A program made the translations under genes and the position numbers. From a virus: DNA of 64,000 bases. Positions within the stretch are counted from its first letter, which is position 1. Each line of letters starts with the position of its first letter. Where the stretch lies: positions 89,149 to 153,148 of IMG/VR virus record IMGVR_UViG_3300042562_001598; one strand, 5' to 3'. The notes under the pieces were generated by a model. The model did not search any database. It had not been told where the DNA came from and worked only from the letters and a program-made list of their open reading frames with translations. This document shows positions 1-8,229 of the stretch, one piece after another.

Positions 1-142
1 AATATTTGAGGATGAAACGATTAAAAAAATTATTAGTAAAGTGAGTAAATCACATAACATAAGTGAAAATGTTATTAAAACTATTTTAGCTTATGAATAT
101 GAACAAATTAAAAAATAAAGATATTTATAATAAAACTTAAAA

Positions 143-1333
143 ATGAAAAAATTAAATACAACTTACTTAGATAATTTAATTGGAAAAATATTAAATGAGA
201 CTTTAGAAGAAAAAGCTGATAAACTGGTTTCAAAAATAAATGAACTTGGTGGTATTGGTTCAGATGATGAATTCTCTGAAGACGAATGGATTGATGTTAA
301 TAATTTGGAGGAAGGTGAAGTGGGAGATTTTCCGAAACACCAAGCTTTTGATTATGTTGAGGAAGAAGAAGGTAATGAGGATGAAAAACCTGGTTATGTT
401 AACCAATTAGATGATGAAACTTGCAAATATCATATGAAAAATTTTGGTCCTGACGATGAAATGACTAAGGAATTTTGTAAATCTGAAATGACTGAAACTT
501 TAAAAGGGAAACAAAAAGTTTTGGATAAAAACAAAAACAATAAGATTGATTCTGAAGACTTTAAGTTATTAAGAAAAGGTGTTCAAAATGAATCTGTATG
601 TCCTAAATGTGGGATGGAAGATTGTAAATGTAATCACAAAAAAACAACTAAAGAGTCTATTAAATTAACTGAATCTGAAATGGTTAATTTAATTGAAAAA
701 ATAATATTAGAACAAAAAACTCAAGACAATATAAAAAGTATTGGAATGGCTAAAGGTTATGACAAATACAACCAAGTTCATAAAAAATCAGGTAAAGAAA
801 ATGAGGATAGTCTTAAAGATGTTGCTAAAAAAATGAAAGATTATGTTGCAGCTGGTTCTAAAGGTGAATATACTGAAAATCCTACACATTTCCCAAAAGG
901 TAATGGTGAGTTAGCGAAAATGTCAAAAAAAACTTATACGATGTCAGACGCTGGTAAAGAATTCATTGATGACTTTATGAGACCAGGTATGGAGAATTTA
1001 GATTATGATGAAATTCACCCTAATGACGAATGGATGAAAAAAACTATTGAAGGTTCATCTGAAACAGGTAATAGTTCAGAATATGCTAACGCTGTGAAAA
1101 CAGATGTTAATTCAAGGATTAATAAAAAGAGAGAAGAAAATAAATTCGCTAAAGCTAAACGAATGGCTTATAACAAATCTAAACAACCTGTTGTTATGGA
1201 TAAAACTGGTGAAGAAACAGGAAAAGGTCTTAACATTAAGACTGAATCGGTTAATGATAAGACTCAAAACAAAATTAATGAAGAATTTGATAAAATGAAA
1301 TCATTAATATCTTACAATAGGAAGACTCAATAA
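143..1333 (+). CDS. hypothetical Lys/Glu-rich protein with CPKCGMEDCKC zinc-ribbon-like motif
   Basis: long ORF, promoter-like AT-rich upstream, CxxC..CxC motif; no recognisable family. Confidence 0.5.
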   Translation: MKKLNTTYLDNLIGKILNETLEEKADKLVSKINELGGIGSDDEFSEDEWIDVNNLEEGEVGDFPKHQAFDYVEEEEGNEDEKPGYVNQLDDETCKYHMKNFGPDDEMTKEFCKSEMTETLKGKQKVLDKNKNNKIDSEDFKLLRKGVQNESVCPKCGMEDCKCNHKKTTKESIKLTESEMVNLIEKIILEQKTQDNIKSIGMAKGYDKYNQVHKKSGKENEDSLKDVAKKMKDYVAAGSKGEYTENPTHFPKGNGELAKMSKKTYTMSDAGKEFIDDFMRPGMENLDYDEIHPNDEWMKKTIEGSSETGNSSEYANAVKTDVNSRINKKREENKFAKAKRMAYNKSKQPVVMDKTGEETGKGLNIKTESVNDKTQNKINEEFDKMKSLISYNRKTQ

Positions 1334-1383
1334 TTTACATATTAAAAAACACCTCTATAATTCTCCATATACATAAAAACTAT

Positions 1384-1851
1384 ATGGAGAATTTTTTTAA
1401 TTATATTACAAAACCATTAACCTCTGATGATGTGGATACTTGGTTACGAATTAACAACATAATACCTGAAAAACTGGAATTGTTTTCAGACTTTTCTCAT
1501 TCCTTAAATTTCTTGATTTTAGACACTTATTTAGGTGAAAACAACCTCAATAATGAAACTAAAATAACTTTAACGGAAAATGATAATACAGCTCATTTTG
1601 AGTGGTGTTGGGGTAAAGTTATTGATAACTTCAATAAAGAAAATATAGAATTCTACTCTGAAGGAGACCACTACGATTACTTCCTATCATTCTTCAACGA
1701 GGTATTTTATAATCAACGAGATTCAACGATTAGACAAACAATAGGTGACTTTTTCAAGGATTTATTTAATCTTGATAAGTCATTTACTAAATCTGATTTA
1801 GATATGATTACAACAATATATAAATTATTGGATAAACATATTAAAAAATAA
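1384..1851 (+). CDS. hypothetical protein
   Basis: 155-aa ORF, same strand as neighbours. Confidence 0.45.
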   Translation: MENFFNYITKPLTSDDVDTWLRINNIIPEKLELFSDFSHSLNFLILDTYLGENNLNNETKITLTENDNTAHFEWCWGKVIDNFNKENIEFYSEGDHYDYFLSFFNEVFYNQRDSTIRQTIGDFFKDLFNLDKSFTKSDLDMITTIYKLLDKHIKK

Positions 1852-1919
1852 CTTTACAATTAGGGAAAATAAAATTATTTTTCATTCTATAAACAATAAA
1901 TTAATAAAAAACAAATTAG

Positions 1920-2096
1920 ATGGAAACATTAGAACAAATCAAAGTTTTGACTGAAGAATTATCAGTTAATGTTACTAAATTTTACAAAGGTAACGATAGT
2001 GCTGGAACTAGAGCTAGAAAAACTTCTCAAGAACTTAAAACTTTATTACAGACATTAAGAACTGAAATTTTAGACAAAAGAAAAAAAATTGAGTAA
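1920..2096 (+). CDS. Hc1-like histone H1-family small DNA-binding protein (58 aa, not in ORF track)
   Basis: MEHLEQIKVLTEELSVNVTKFYKGNDSAGTRARKTSQELKTLL... resembles Hc1/Bacteroidetes histone-H1 motif KGNxxAxxRxRxxSxxL; stop overlaps next ATG. Confidence 0.5.
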   Translation: METLEQIKVLTEELSVNVTKFYKGNDSAGTRARKTSQELKTLLQTLRTEILDKRKKIE

Positions 2097-2284
2097 TGAG
2101 CGATATTAATACATTATATTTATTTGTATTTATTTTCTCAATACTGGTTATTTTAAGGTCAGTTATCAAGTTAATAAGTTCACTATTTAAAGAAGTACCT
2201 GAAAAATACTCATTATATTATGGTGAACTTATATTTCTTGGTTTGTCAATATCATACATAACAACATACATTATACAACATTAA
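2096..2284 (+). CDS. small hydrophobic (membrane) protein
   Basis: 62 aa, two hydrophobic stretches; ATGA-type coupling with upstream gene. Confidence 0.4.
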   Translation: MSDINTLYLFVFIFSILVILRSVIKLISSLFKEVPEKYSLYYGELIFLGLSISYITTYIIQH

Positions 2285-2286
2285 CT

Positions 2287-2727
2287 ATGAGTTTATATAA
2301 AGAATTTTCCGCATTACTACCTTACTTACAATCTGTAAGAAAATTACAGAATTATTTAAGTTTTGATGTTAGTTTTCCGTTATCTTGGAAATTACCTAAA
2401 AAATATATTGAGGAGGACAAGGTGATGGAACAAGAAGCTAAAATAAAGGATAACCGTCTATTTTCTTTTGTTTCTGAAATAACTGAAGATGGTATTGAAA
2501 AGATTACTCAAAACATTCAAAATATTATAAAATATAATTTAGAAAGAGAAGAAAAAGAAACTTTGTTTAAGAATAAAGTTGATGAGTTAAAAGTTATTTT
2601 TGAAAAACAAAACTTAAGAAATCTTAAAAATTTAAAATTTGATTTACTGAATAGTATTAATATTGATTTAGATGATGAACAAGAAGAACACAAAAAACCT
2701 AATGTGGTTGGAGAAAGAGAAGATTAA
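2287..2727 (+). CDS. hypothetical protein (possibly 5' part of a frameshifted gene 2287-3186)
   Basis: ORFs 2287-2727 (frame 1), 2672-2863 (frame 2), 2830-3186 (frame 1) overlap; A6/A7 runs at junctions. Confidence 0.35.
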   Translation: MSLYKEFSALLPYLQSVRKLQNYLSFDVSFPLSWKLPKKYIEEDKVMEQEAKIKDNRLFSFVSEITEDGIEKITQNIQNIIKYNLEREEKETLFKNKVDELKVIFEKQNLRNLKNLKFDLLNSINIDLDDEQEEHKKPNVVGERED

Positions 2728-2829
2728 AGATGATATCCGATTAACAAATGATAAGGATAAACTTATTAATCAAATTAAACAATTAGGTAAAGATAATATT
2801 TTACCTAAACCACCTAAAAAAATAACATT

Positions 2830-3186
2830 ATGGCAGAAGATAAAGAGGATACTATTGGGGTAATGGAAAAATTGGCGTTAATTTCTGACGCCATTGATTC
2901 CTTATTTCCGAAAGGGAAAAGAGTGATTTTACTTGAGTTAGGTAAAGATGAATATCAATCTGTTAGTCAAAATTTCAGAATGGGTGACAGAGGTAATAAA
3001 AAATTTAGTATTGATATTTCAGGGACTGAATTTATTTTTTTGTCGGATGAGTTGTTAATTGACGGTGTAGATACACTTTTGAATAACCCCTCCCAACCAG
3101 TAAATCGTATAAGTATTTTCTCTGGGCTGTTGAAGAGTCTTTCACAAACATACAATCGTATTTTTTCTCGGAAAAAAATAGATTAG
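2830..3186 (+). CDS. hypothetical protein (possibly 3' part of frameshifted gene)
   Basis: 118-aa ORF in the same frame as 2287-2727. Confidence 0.3.
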   Translation: MAEDKEDTIGVMEKLALISDAIDSLFPKGKRVILLELGKDEYQSVSQNFRMGDRGNKKFSIDISGTEFIFLSDELLIDGVDTLLNNPSQPVNRISIFSGLLKSLSQTYNRIFSRKKID

Positions 3187-3730
3187 ATATTGTATCAATA
3201 AATCTTAAAGAATCTTTTTCATTCTTAAAGGTAAATAATTTAAGGTCGTCATCATTTTGTAAGACGATTTTATTATTTAATTTAGATAATAATTTAAGAC
3301 CTGGTTTATTCAGGTATTTTTTAATGAACTCTTTAGAGTTCATTTTTTTATTTTGTGACAAATCTAAAAATAATTCTTCTGTTTTATATTTTACAATTTT
3401 AGAAATGGTATATTCATTATCGTCAAGATTTATTTTAACTTGACGACCATAATCATCTTTAAGATAAATGGGTGTGTGATTTTTTGGGGTTTTTTCTATG
3501 TAAGCAATTTCGTATTCTGAATAATATCCATTTTCATATTGTTTTTCAAATATTACTTCGTTGGATTCTTTAATAAGTTTATCAAAAAACTCATCACCTT
3601 TTTTACGAGTGATAAATTTTTTGATAACTTTTTTTTGGGATTTATTCTTGAATAGAATAATCCGGAAGTTGTAATTTATTTTATTATTTTCGGGTAAATT
3701 TGACATATAATTTAATAAATAGGTCACCAC
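3032..3730 (-). CDS. hypothetical protein, last gene of minus-strand DnaJ operon
   Basis: 232-aa ORF directly downstream of dnaJ on - strand. Confidence 0.45.
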   Translation of the reverse strand: MVTYLLNYMSNLPENNKINYNFRIILFKNKSQKKVIKKFITRKKGDEFFDKLIKESNEVIFEKQYENGYYSEYEIAYIEKTPKNHTPIYLKDDYGRQVKINLDDNEYTISKIVKYKTEELFLDLSQNKKMNSKEFIKKYLNKPGLKLLSKLNNKIVLQNDDDLKLFTFKNEKDSLRFIDTISNLFFSEKKYDCMFVKDSSTAQRKYLYDLLVGRGYSKVYLHRQLTTHPTKK

Positions 3731-4601
3731 TATTAAAAAATCCTTTTGATTTAACTCTCAAAGGTTTTGAGGTGTCAAATTCTGAAGGTAGTTTAATTGA
3801 GATATTACCTTTTGGATGTGGTATGGTTAATGAAGGTTTATTTAAGTCTTCAAGATTAAGGAATGAGTTATAAACCAAATCATTACCGGATTTCTCAAAA
3901 TCACTTTCAGGTTGTAAATTAACTTTAAGAACTAGATTACCGTACATTCCATCATTAAAATTACCTTTACCTTGTAATTTAAGGAATTGTCCATTATCAA
4001 TTCCGTGTGGTAATTTAATTGAAATAGTTTCAATGACATTTTTAGTTGTTTCACCATGACAAGTATTACATACATTTTTATATGTAAATCCATTACCATA
4101 ACAGGAATTACAAGCTTGTCTAACCATTTGGATAAACATACCAGTTCCCATCCTTTTTACTGTAAATCCTTGACCATTACAACCATTGCAATTTGTTCGT
4201 TCACCACCTTGACCATTACATGTATCACATTTATGTTTTCTTGAGAATGTGATGGTTTTATCGTTACCATTGTATGACTCTAATGTTCCAACATGAACAT
4301 CAACAATAGTGTCAGGAACAACCCTTTGTTGTTGTGTATGAAAATGATTACCAAACATTTCATCAAAGGGATTAAATCCTCCACCACCCATATTTGCGAA
4401 TGGGTTTCTTCTTTGATTATCGTATTGATTTCGTTTATTTTCGTCACCTATCGTATCAAATGCTACAGAAATTTTCTTAAACATTTCCTCATCACCACCT
4501 TTATCGGGGTGATGTTGGATTGCTTTTTTCTTATACGCTTTTTTTATTTCTTCTTGGGTTGCGGTTTCTGAGACCTCAAGAGTTTCATAATAATTTTCCA
4601 C
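3684..4601 (-). CDS. dnaJ: DnaJ co-chaperone (type I: J domain, G/F region, 4x CxxCxGxG zinc finger)
   Basis: YYETLEVS...AYKKKAIQHHPDKGG (HPD motif); GGGGFNPFDEMFG G/F region; CDTCNGQGG, CNGCNGQGF, CNSCYGNGF, CNTCHGETT zinc-finger repeats. Confidence 0.8.
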   Translation of the reverse strand: MENYYETLEVSETATQEEIKKAYKKKAIQHHPDKGGDEEMFKKISVAFDTIGDENKRNQYDNQRRNPFANMGGGGFNPFDEMFGNHFHTQQQRVVPDTIVDVHVGTLESYNGNDKTITFSRKHKCDTCNGQGGERTNCNGCNGQGFTVKRMGTGMFIQMVRQACNSCYGNGFTYKNVCNTCHGETTKNVIETISIKLPHGIDNGQFLKLQGKGNFNDGMYGNLVLKVNLQPESDFEKSGNDLVYNSFLNLEDLNKPSLTIPHPKGNISIKLPSEFDTSKPLRVKSKGFFNSGDLFIKLYVKFTRK

Positions 4602-4612
4602 TGATGATGTTA

Positions 4613-4837
4613 TTAAAACAATGCGATTATATCCTTAAATAATTTTATTGAACCATAGATAGCTGCGAATAAAATATAAGATGATAATACAATCATAGAC
4701 CAATGGGTTGTACTTAAACCTTTTTTACAAGAGCTACAACCTTTTTCTTTTGTTGTACTAACTGATTCTGATACATTTATTGGGTCAATAATTTCAAAAT
4801 TTTTGATATCAGAATCTGGGATTTCAATGATTTTCAT
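4613..4837 (-). CDS. small membrane protein, first gene of minus-strand operon
   Basis: 74 aa with C-terminal TM segment, immediately upstream of dnaJ on - strand. Confidence 0.35.
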   Translation of the reverse strand: MKIIEIPDSDIKNFEIIDPINVSESVSTTKEKGCSSCKKGLSTTHWSMIVLSSYILFAAIYGSIKLFKDIIALF

Positions 4838-4988
4838 AATATTAATATTTTTTAGTTTAATACTTAAATATAGTAATTAATTAAAATAAATCCAACAATT
4901 GAGTGTTGATTTTTTTATTTTATGTTTAGTGAGTTTAAATATTGATATTTTTCTTAAAACCTTATATTTATAATAAAAACTAAATAAA

Positions 4989-6443
4989 ATGAATTTCATT
5001 AAATTATTATCTAATCTGATAGTTGAAGATTCTAAATTTGAGAATCTATATAACAAATACGTTGAGGTTAAAGACAAAAAAAACCCAGAAGTTAAGAAAA
5101 AGGGATTACCTTTTGATATGTTTAAAAAATTAATATTTGCTGACCCAACAACAAGAGTTCCCCAAGGTTTTGATGTTGACGGTGCTCAAGTAGCGGACAT
5201 GGATTCTGTTAAAGTTGGTAAATATGTTCAATGGATTATCAATACTTTTGGTAAGTTACCAACAACTATTACTGATGTTGAACCTGGAACACCTGAATAT
5301 AAAGAACAAGTTAAAGAATTGGTTAGATTATATTTGGAGGATTTGGACCACTTGAAAACTTTATTGGAGAAGTATGAAAGGTTTAAAGGTAGTTTACAAG
5401 ACCCTACTAAAAAAGATATTAATAAAGTTAATTCTGTTGAAGAATTAATGACTTTACCTATCGTTGTTTCAGACGAAGGTGATACGATAGAATTAGATTT
5501 ATATCGTGGTAAAAAAGTTAAAAAAGTTAAAGGAGAAGATTCAACATCTCCAGCTCAAGATAAATTTAAATTCCCTGGTGCTGAAATATTAAGAGATAAC
5601 GGTGAGTATACATTAATTAAAATTGCTGACAAAGGACAAATAGGTTCTGATGCGGCGTCTTATTTTGGTGGTTATGATGGTAAAGCACAGGCTGGTGAAA
5701 CTAACTGGTGTACAGCTGCTAAAGACTCCGGTTACTCAAAAACTTATAGAAACCAAGGTCCTTTATATATTTTCATTGCTAATGACCCTAAAGGTCAAGT
5801 TGGTGAAAAAACTGGATTACCTTCAGAAAGATACCAATTCCACTTTCCTAGTAACCAATTTAGAGATAGATTTCAAAACAGTGGAAATATTGATGTTGTT
5901 AAATTTATGAATGGTTCGTTTGCGGATTTTAAAGATTTATTAAAAACTGAATTTTTACGAATTGGTGGAACTACTAGTGGTGGAGACGGTGGAAGACTTA
6001 GTGGTAGTAAAATAGAAATTAAATTCCCTGGGAATGTTTCATTATACGAACAAATATATGGTGTTGAAAAAGATTTACAAGGACAATTCAACGAGATAAT
6101 TAATACATTGCCGGATGATATTGAATCATTGGTGATTAAAAACACTACAAGTATGGATGTAGCTTTAGATGTTCCTGAATCTATTGGTAATTATAAAAAT
6201 TTACAAACTTTAACTCTACTTAATTTGGTTAAAACATTACCTGAATCAATTGGTAATTTGACAGATTTACAATATTTGATTTTAACTGACAACCCTTCAA
6301 TTGAGAAGATACCTGCAAGTGTTGCTAAATTACAGGATTTAGTTTTTATTAACTTACAAAGAAGTAACCGTGGTGTAGAAATACCAGCTGAGGTTAAGGA
6401 GTTATTAGAGGATTCTTCAGATGGTTTTTACGCTATGAAGTAA
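4989..6443 (+). CDS. leucine-rich-repeat (LRR) protein, paralog A
   Basis: C-terminal LxxLxLxxN-type repeats (NLQTLTLLNLVKTLPESIGNLTDLQYLILTDNPSIEKIP); N-terminal domain shared with 6500-7888 (GPLYIF, ERYQFHFxSNQF). Confidence 0.6.
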   Translation: MNFIKLLSNLIVEDSKFENLYNKYVEVKDKKNPEVKKKGLPFDMFKKLIFADPTTRVPQGFDVDGAQVADMDSVKVGKYVQWIINTFGKLPTTITDVEPGTPEYKEQVKELVRLYLEDLDHLKTLLEKYERFKGSLQDPTKKDINKVNSVEELMTLPIVVSDEGDTIELDLYRGKKVKKVKGEDSTSPAQDKFKFPGAEILRDNGEYTLIKIADKGQIGSDAASYFGGYDGKAQAGETNWCTAAKDSGYSKTYRNQGPLYIFIANDPKGQVGEKTGLPSERYQFHFPSNQFRDRFQNSGNIDVVKFMNGSFADFKDLLKTEFLRIGGTTSGGDGGRLSGSKIEIKFPGNVSLYEQIYGVEKDLQGQFNEIINTLPDDIESLVIKNTTSMDVALDVPESIGNYKNLQTLTLLNLVKTLPESIGNLTDLQYLILTDNPSIEKIPASVAKLQDLVFINLQRSNRGVEIPAEVKELLEDSSDGFYAMK

Positions 6444-6471
6444 AATACTTTGATTTCATATTTTTTTTATC

Positions 6472-6479
6472 TATCTTTG
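6472..6479 (+). promoter_or_regulatory. Bacteroidetes sigma-A -7 box TATCTTTG
   Basis: TAnnTTTG about 21 nt upstream of ATG 6500. Confidence 0.45.
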
Positions 6480-6499
6480 ATATTATAAATAAATTTGAG

Positions 6500-7888
6500 A
6501 TGAACACAACAACAAAAACCTTAAGTAGGTTTCAAATTTTATACGATAGATATGTTAGAAAAGGTGGTATTGATACTGCCTTTTCTAGTTTATCAAAAAC
6601 ACATTTATCTTTTGATGTGTTAAAGTTATTGATATCTTACGACCCCACCACAAAAACCCCAAATGATTTTGATTACGCTAAAGCTTCCGTTGATGATATG
6701 ACGGATGTTAAAGTTGGTCAATATACTAAATGGTTTATAAAACATTATTTGAACCCGGAGATTACGGAATTAATTGAAATTAATCAGGGTATTGATTATC
6801 TTACTGAAGATGTTAATAGTGAGAGATATCAATTAGTTATTAAGGAATACCGTAGAAGATTTGAGGAAGATTTGATGGGTGTTAAAAACGATTTAGTTAA
6901 TTACAGAAAATATAAATTTCACATTCCGGAAGACAAAAGAGACATTAACAAACTCAATACTCATTTATTGAGTAAAGTTATTAATGATATCCCTAGTAAT
7001 ATTATTGAGAAGAAGAATAGGGAGACCTTAAAGAATGAAATACGATTGGTTCGTGAGGGTTTTTATCATCCTGGTGCGACAATTGAGATTCAGGGGTCTG
7101 AATATACTTTAATTAAGATTGAGGGCGATGGTGACAAACAAGCTGAAGCCGCTTCTTGGTATGGGGGTTATTACGATTTTATAAATGGTGAGAGTAAATG
7201 GTGTACTTCACCACCTGACTCTAATTTTTTCCGAACTTATATTAAGCAAGGACCTCTTTATATTATATTAAAGAATAAAGATGAACTTAGTAAGAGAACT
7301 GGGTTACCTATTGAGAGATATCAATTTCATTTTCAAAGTAATCAATTTATGGATAGACATAATCAACCAATACCGCTGGTTCAGTATTTTAATGGTCATC
7401 TAAAGGATTTTAAGGACTATTTTAAGAAAGATTTTACTAAAGCCTTAATGAGTGGTGACGGGAATAGAGTTGAGATTAATTACCCTGAAACATCATCAGG
7501 TAAGTTCGTCGCAATATATGGTTTTGATAATATATTTGATTCGTTACCGGAGGATATTAGTCATCTTATTATCAGTAATAAATCAAAAGAAAAAGTATCA
7601 TTTAAAATACCTGAAACTATTAATAGATTTAAGAACCTAACCGCTTTATTATTACAAAATATTGTTAGTGAATTACCTGAAAGTATCGGGGAATTAACTA
7701 AATTGAGATTTGTATCTTTATGTGGGAATAAGTCTTTGGAAGAAATACCAGAATCTGTTGGAAATTTACCCGAATTACTTTTTATAAATCTTAAAGATTG
7801 TAATCCGAGACTAGTGATTCCTAAAAACATAACTGACAATATGTTATATGAAGGAAATGGTTATTATTGTAAAAAAAATATATTATGA
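6500..7888 (+). CDS. LRR protein, paralog B
   Basis: paralogous to 4989-6443 over whole length; C-terminal LRRs (NLTALLLQNIVSELPESIGELTKLRFVSLCGNKSLEEIP). Confidence 0.6.
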   Translation: MNTTTKTLSRFQILYDRYVRKGGIDTAFSSLSKTHLSFDVLKLLISYDPTTKTPNDFDYAKASVDDMTDVKVGQYTKWFIKHYLNPEITELIEINQGIDYLTEDVNSERYQLVIKEYRRRFEEDLMGVKNDLVNYRKYKFHIPEDKRDINKLNTHLLSKVINDIPSNIIEKKNRETLKNEIRLVREGFYHPGATIEIQGSEYTLIKIEGDGDKQAEAASWYGGYYDFINGESKWCTSPPDSNFFRTYIKQGPLYIILKNKDELSKRTGLPIERYQFHFQSNQFMDRHNQPIPLVQYFNGHLKDFKDYFKKDFTKALMSGDGNRVEINYPETSSGKFVAIYGFDNIFDSLPEDISHLIISNKSKEKVSFKIPETINRFKNLTALLLQNIVSELPESIGELTKLRFVSLCGNKSLEEIPESVGNLPELLFINLKDCNPRLVIPKNITDNMLYEGNGYYCKKNIL

Positions 7889-8175
7889 AAAATGTAGAAG
7901 TAGAGTTATACCTCAATCAGTTTATTAAGTTTTTTGATAATAACCCTAACGACCTAATGAATTTAATTGGGGATTTAGGTAAAGAAGAATTTTATCTTAA
8001 AGTTAAGGAACAATCATATTTGAATGTTGAGAATGGTGAGGAACCATCATTAACCCAAAAACAACTTATTGCGATTGTTGTTAAGATGAAAAAACGAGAT
8101 ATTAATGATGATGAGGTTAAATTATTTGAGAAAATATTCAAGGATACAAAATTTGGTCCATTATGTTTGAATTAG
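7885..8175 (+). CDS. hypothetical protein
   Basis: ATGA overlap with upstream gene. Confidence 0.4.
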   Translation: MKNVEVELYLNQFIKFFDNNPNDLMNLIGDLGKEEFYLKVKEQSYLNVENGEEPSLTQKQLIAIVVKMKKRDINDDEVKLFEKIFKDTKFGPLCLN

Positions 8176-8200
8176 TTTTGTTTATTAATTAAAAAAAAAT

Positions 8201-8208
8201 TACTTTTG
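8201..8208 (+). promoter_or_regulatory. -7 box TACTTTTG
   Basis: TAnnTTTG 22 nt upstream of ATG 8230. Confidence 0.45.
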
Positions 8209-8229
8209 TAAGGTTTAATACAATTTACG

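Noticed and set aside
1104-1298. Numerous short ORFs nested inside or antisense to larger genes (e.g. 1104-1298, 2967-3155, 4056-4244, 4293-4571, 4877-5077, 5650-5910, 5873-6145, 7452-7640, 7561-7839, 11568-11756, 12045-12326, 13016-13204, 15505-15741, 15967-16386, 22460-22755, 29008-29277, 30212-30409, 35657-36210, 40620-40826, 52849-53037, 53571-53765, 55534-55731)
   Set aside because: They overlap much longer, motif-bearing ORFs on the dominant strand. AT-rich DNA yields many spurious antisense ORFs.
2080-2095. Mimivirus-type early promoter AAAATTGA (also about 19046, 23775) suggesting a giant eukaryotic virus
   Set aside because: Occurrences are few and expected by chance at about 70% AT. 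Bacterial intrinsic terminators, TAnnTTTG boxes, ATGA-coupled small genes, DnaJ/NrdH-type genes and inteins in Dcm MTases point to a bacteriophage.
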